DNA of 64,000 bases, taken from the sequence record PP355768.1; one strand, given 5' to 3'. This document shows positions 63,871-64,000 of this stretch, piece by piece (position 1 is the first letter of the stretch; the number at the start of each line of letters is the position of its first letter). The position numbers were made by a program, and so were the translations under genes. Under the pieces are notes generated by a model. That model did not search any database. It was not told the origin of the DNA and saw only the letters and a list, made by a program, of their open reading frames with translations.

Positions 63871-64000
63871 TGTGCTAAATCAAATTCTTTGTCGCTCATT
63901 GTGCTAACATCTAAATTCATGTATTTTTCAACATGCTCTTCTTCTAATGCTTTAAAAATTAATCCAAGACGAATTTCCGCGTCTTTGATAGCATTTACTT
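63870..64000 (-). CDS. vs.4: Acb2/Vs.4-like cyclic-nucleotide sponge, fragment
   Basis: KVNAIKDAEIRLGLIF matches T4 Vs.4. Confidence 0.8.

Overview
This window is T4-like (Tevenvirinae/Straboviridae) phage DNA. The proteins and large tRNA cluster resemble Klebsiella Jiaodavirus (JD18-like) phages; that assignment is from recollection, not a search. It is not a colinear genome segment but a mosaic of roughly 0.2-2.5 kb fragments in both orientations. Many core genes are truncated or internally deleted. Several loci occur twice as diverged alleles with matching end points (gp23, gp18, gp46, gp9, regA, tRNA-Thr), and one tRNA-Gly is split into halves 34 kb apart. This is best explained as joined contigs from a mixture of at least two related phages, so apparent gene fusions at junctions are treated as artefacts. 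Inside the fragments, the most notable biology is: (i) an early-promoter-driven four-gene operon with a split N6-adenine methyltransferase (3961-6425); (ii) tRNA arrays interspersed with RnaC/RnaD-like RNAs and several degenerate tRNA-like RNAs; (iii) four to five homing-endonuclease-type genes, two sharing a C-terminal domain across the HNH and GIY-YIG families; (iv) a SLOG/DprA-like gene coupled to RNA ligase 2; and (v) counter-defence genes (Acb1, Acb2, NADAR, macrodomain, internal-protein-like, MazG-like). Junction coordinates are approximate (about +/-10-20 nt).
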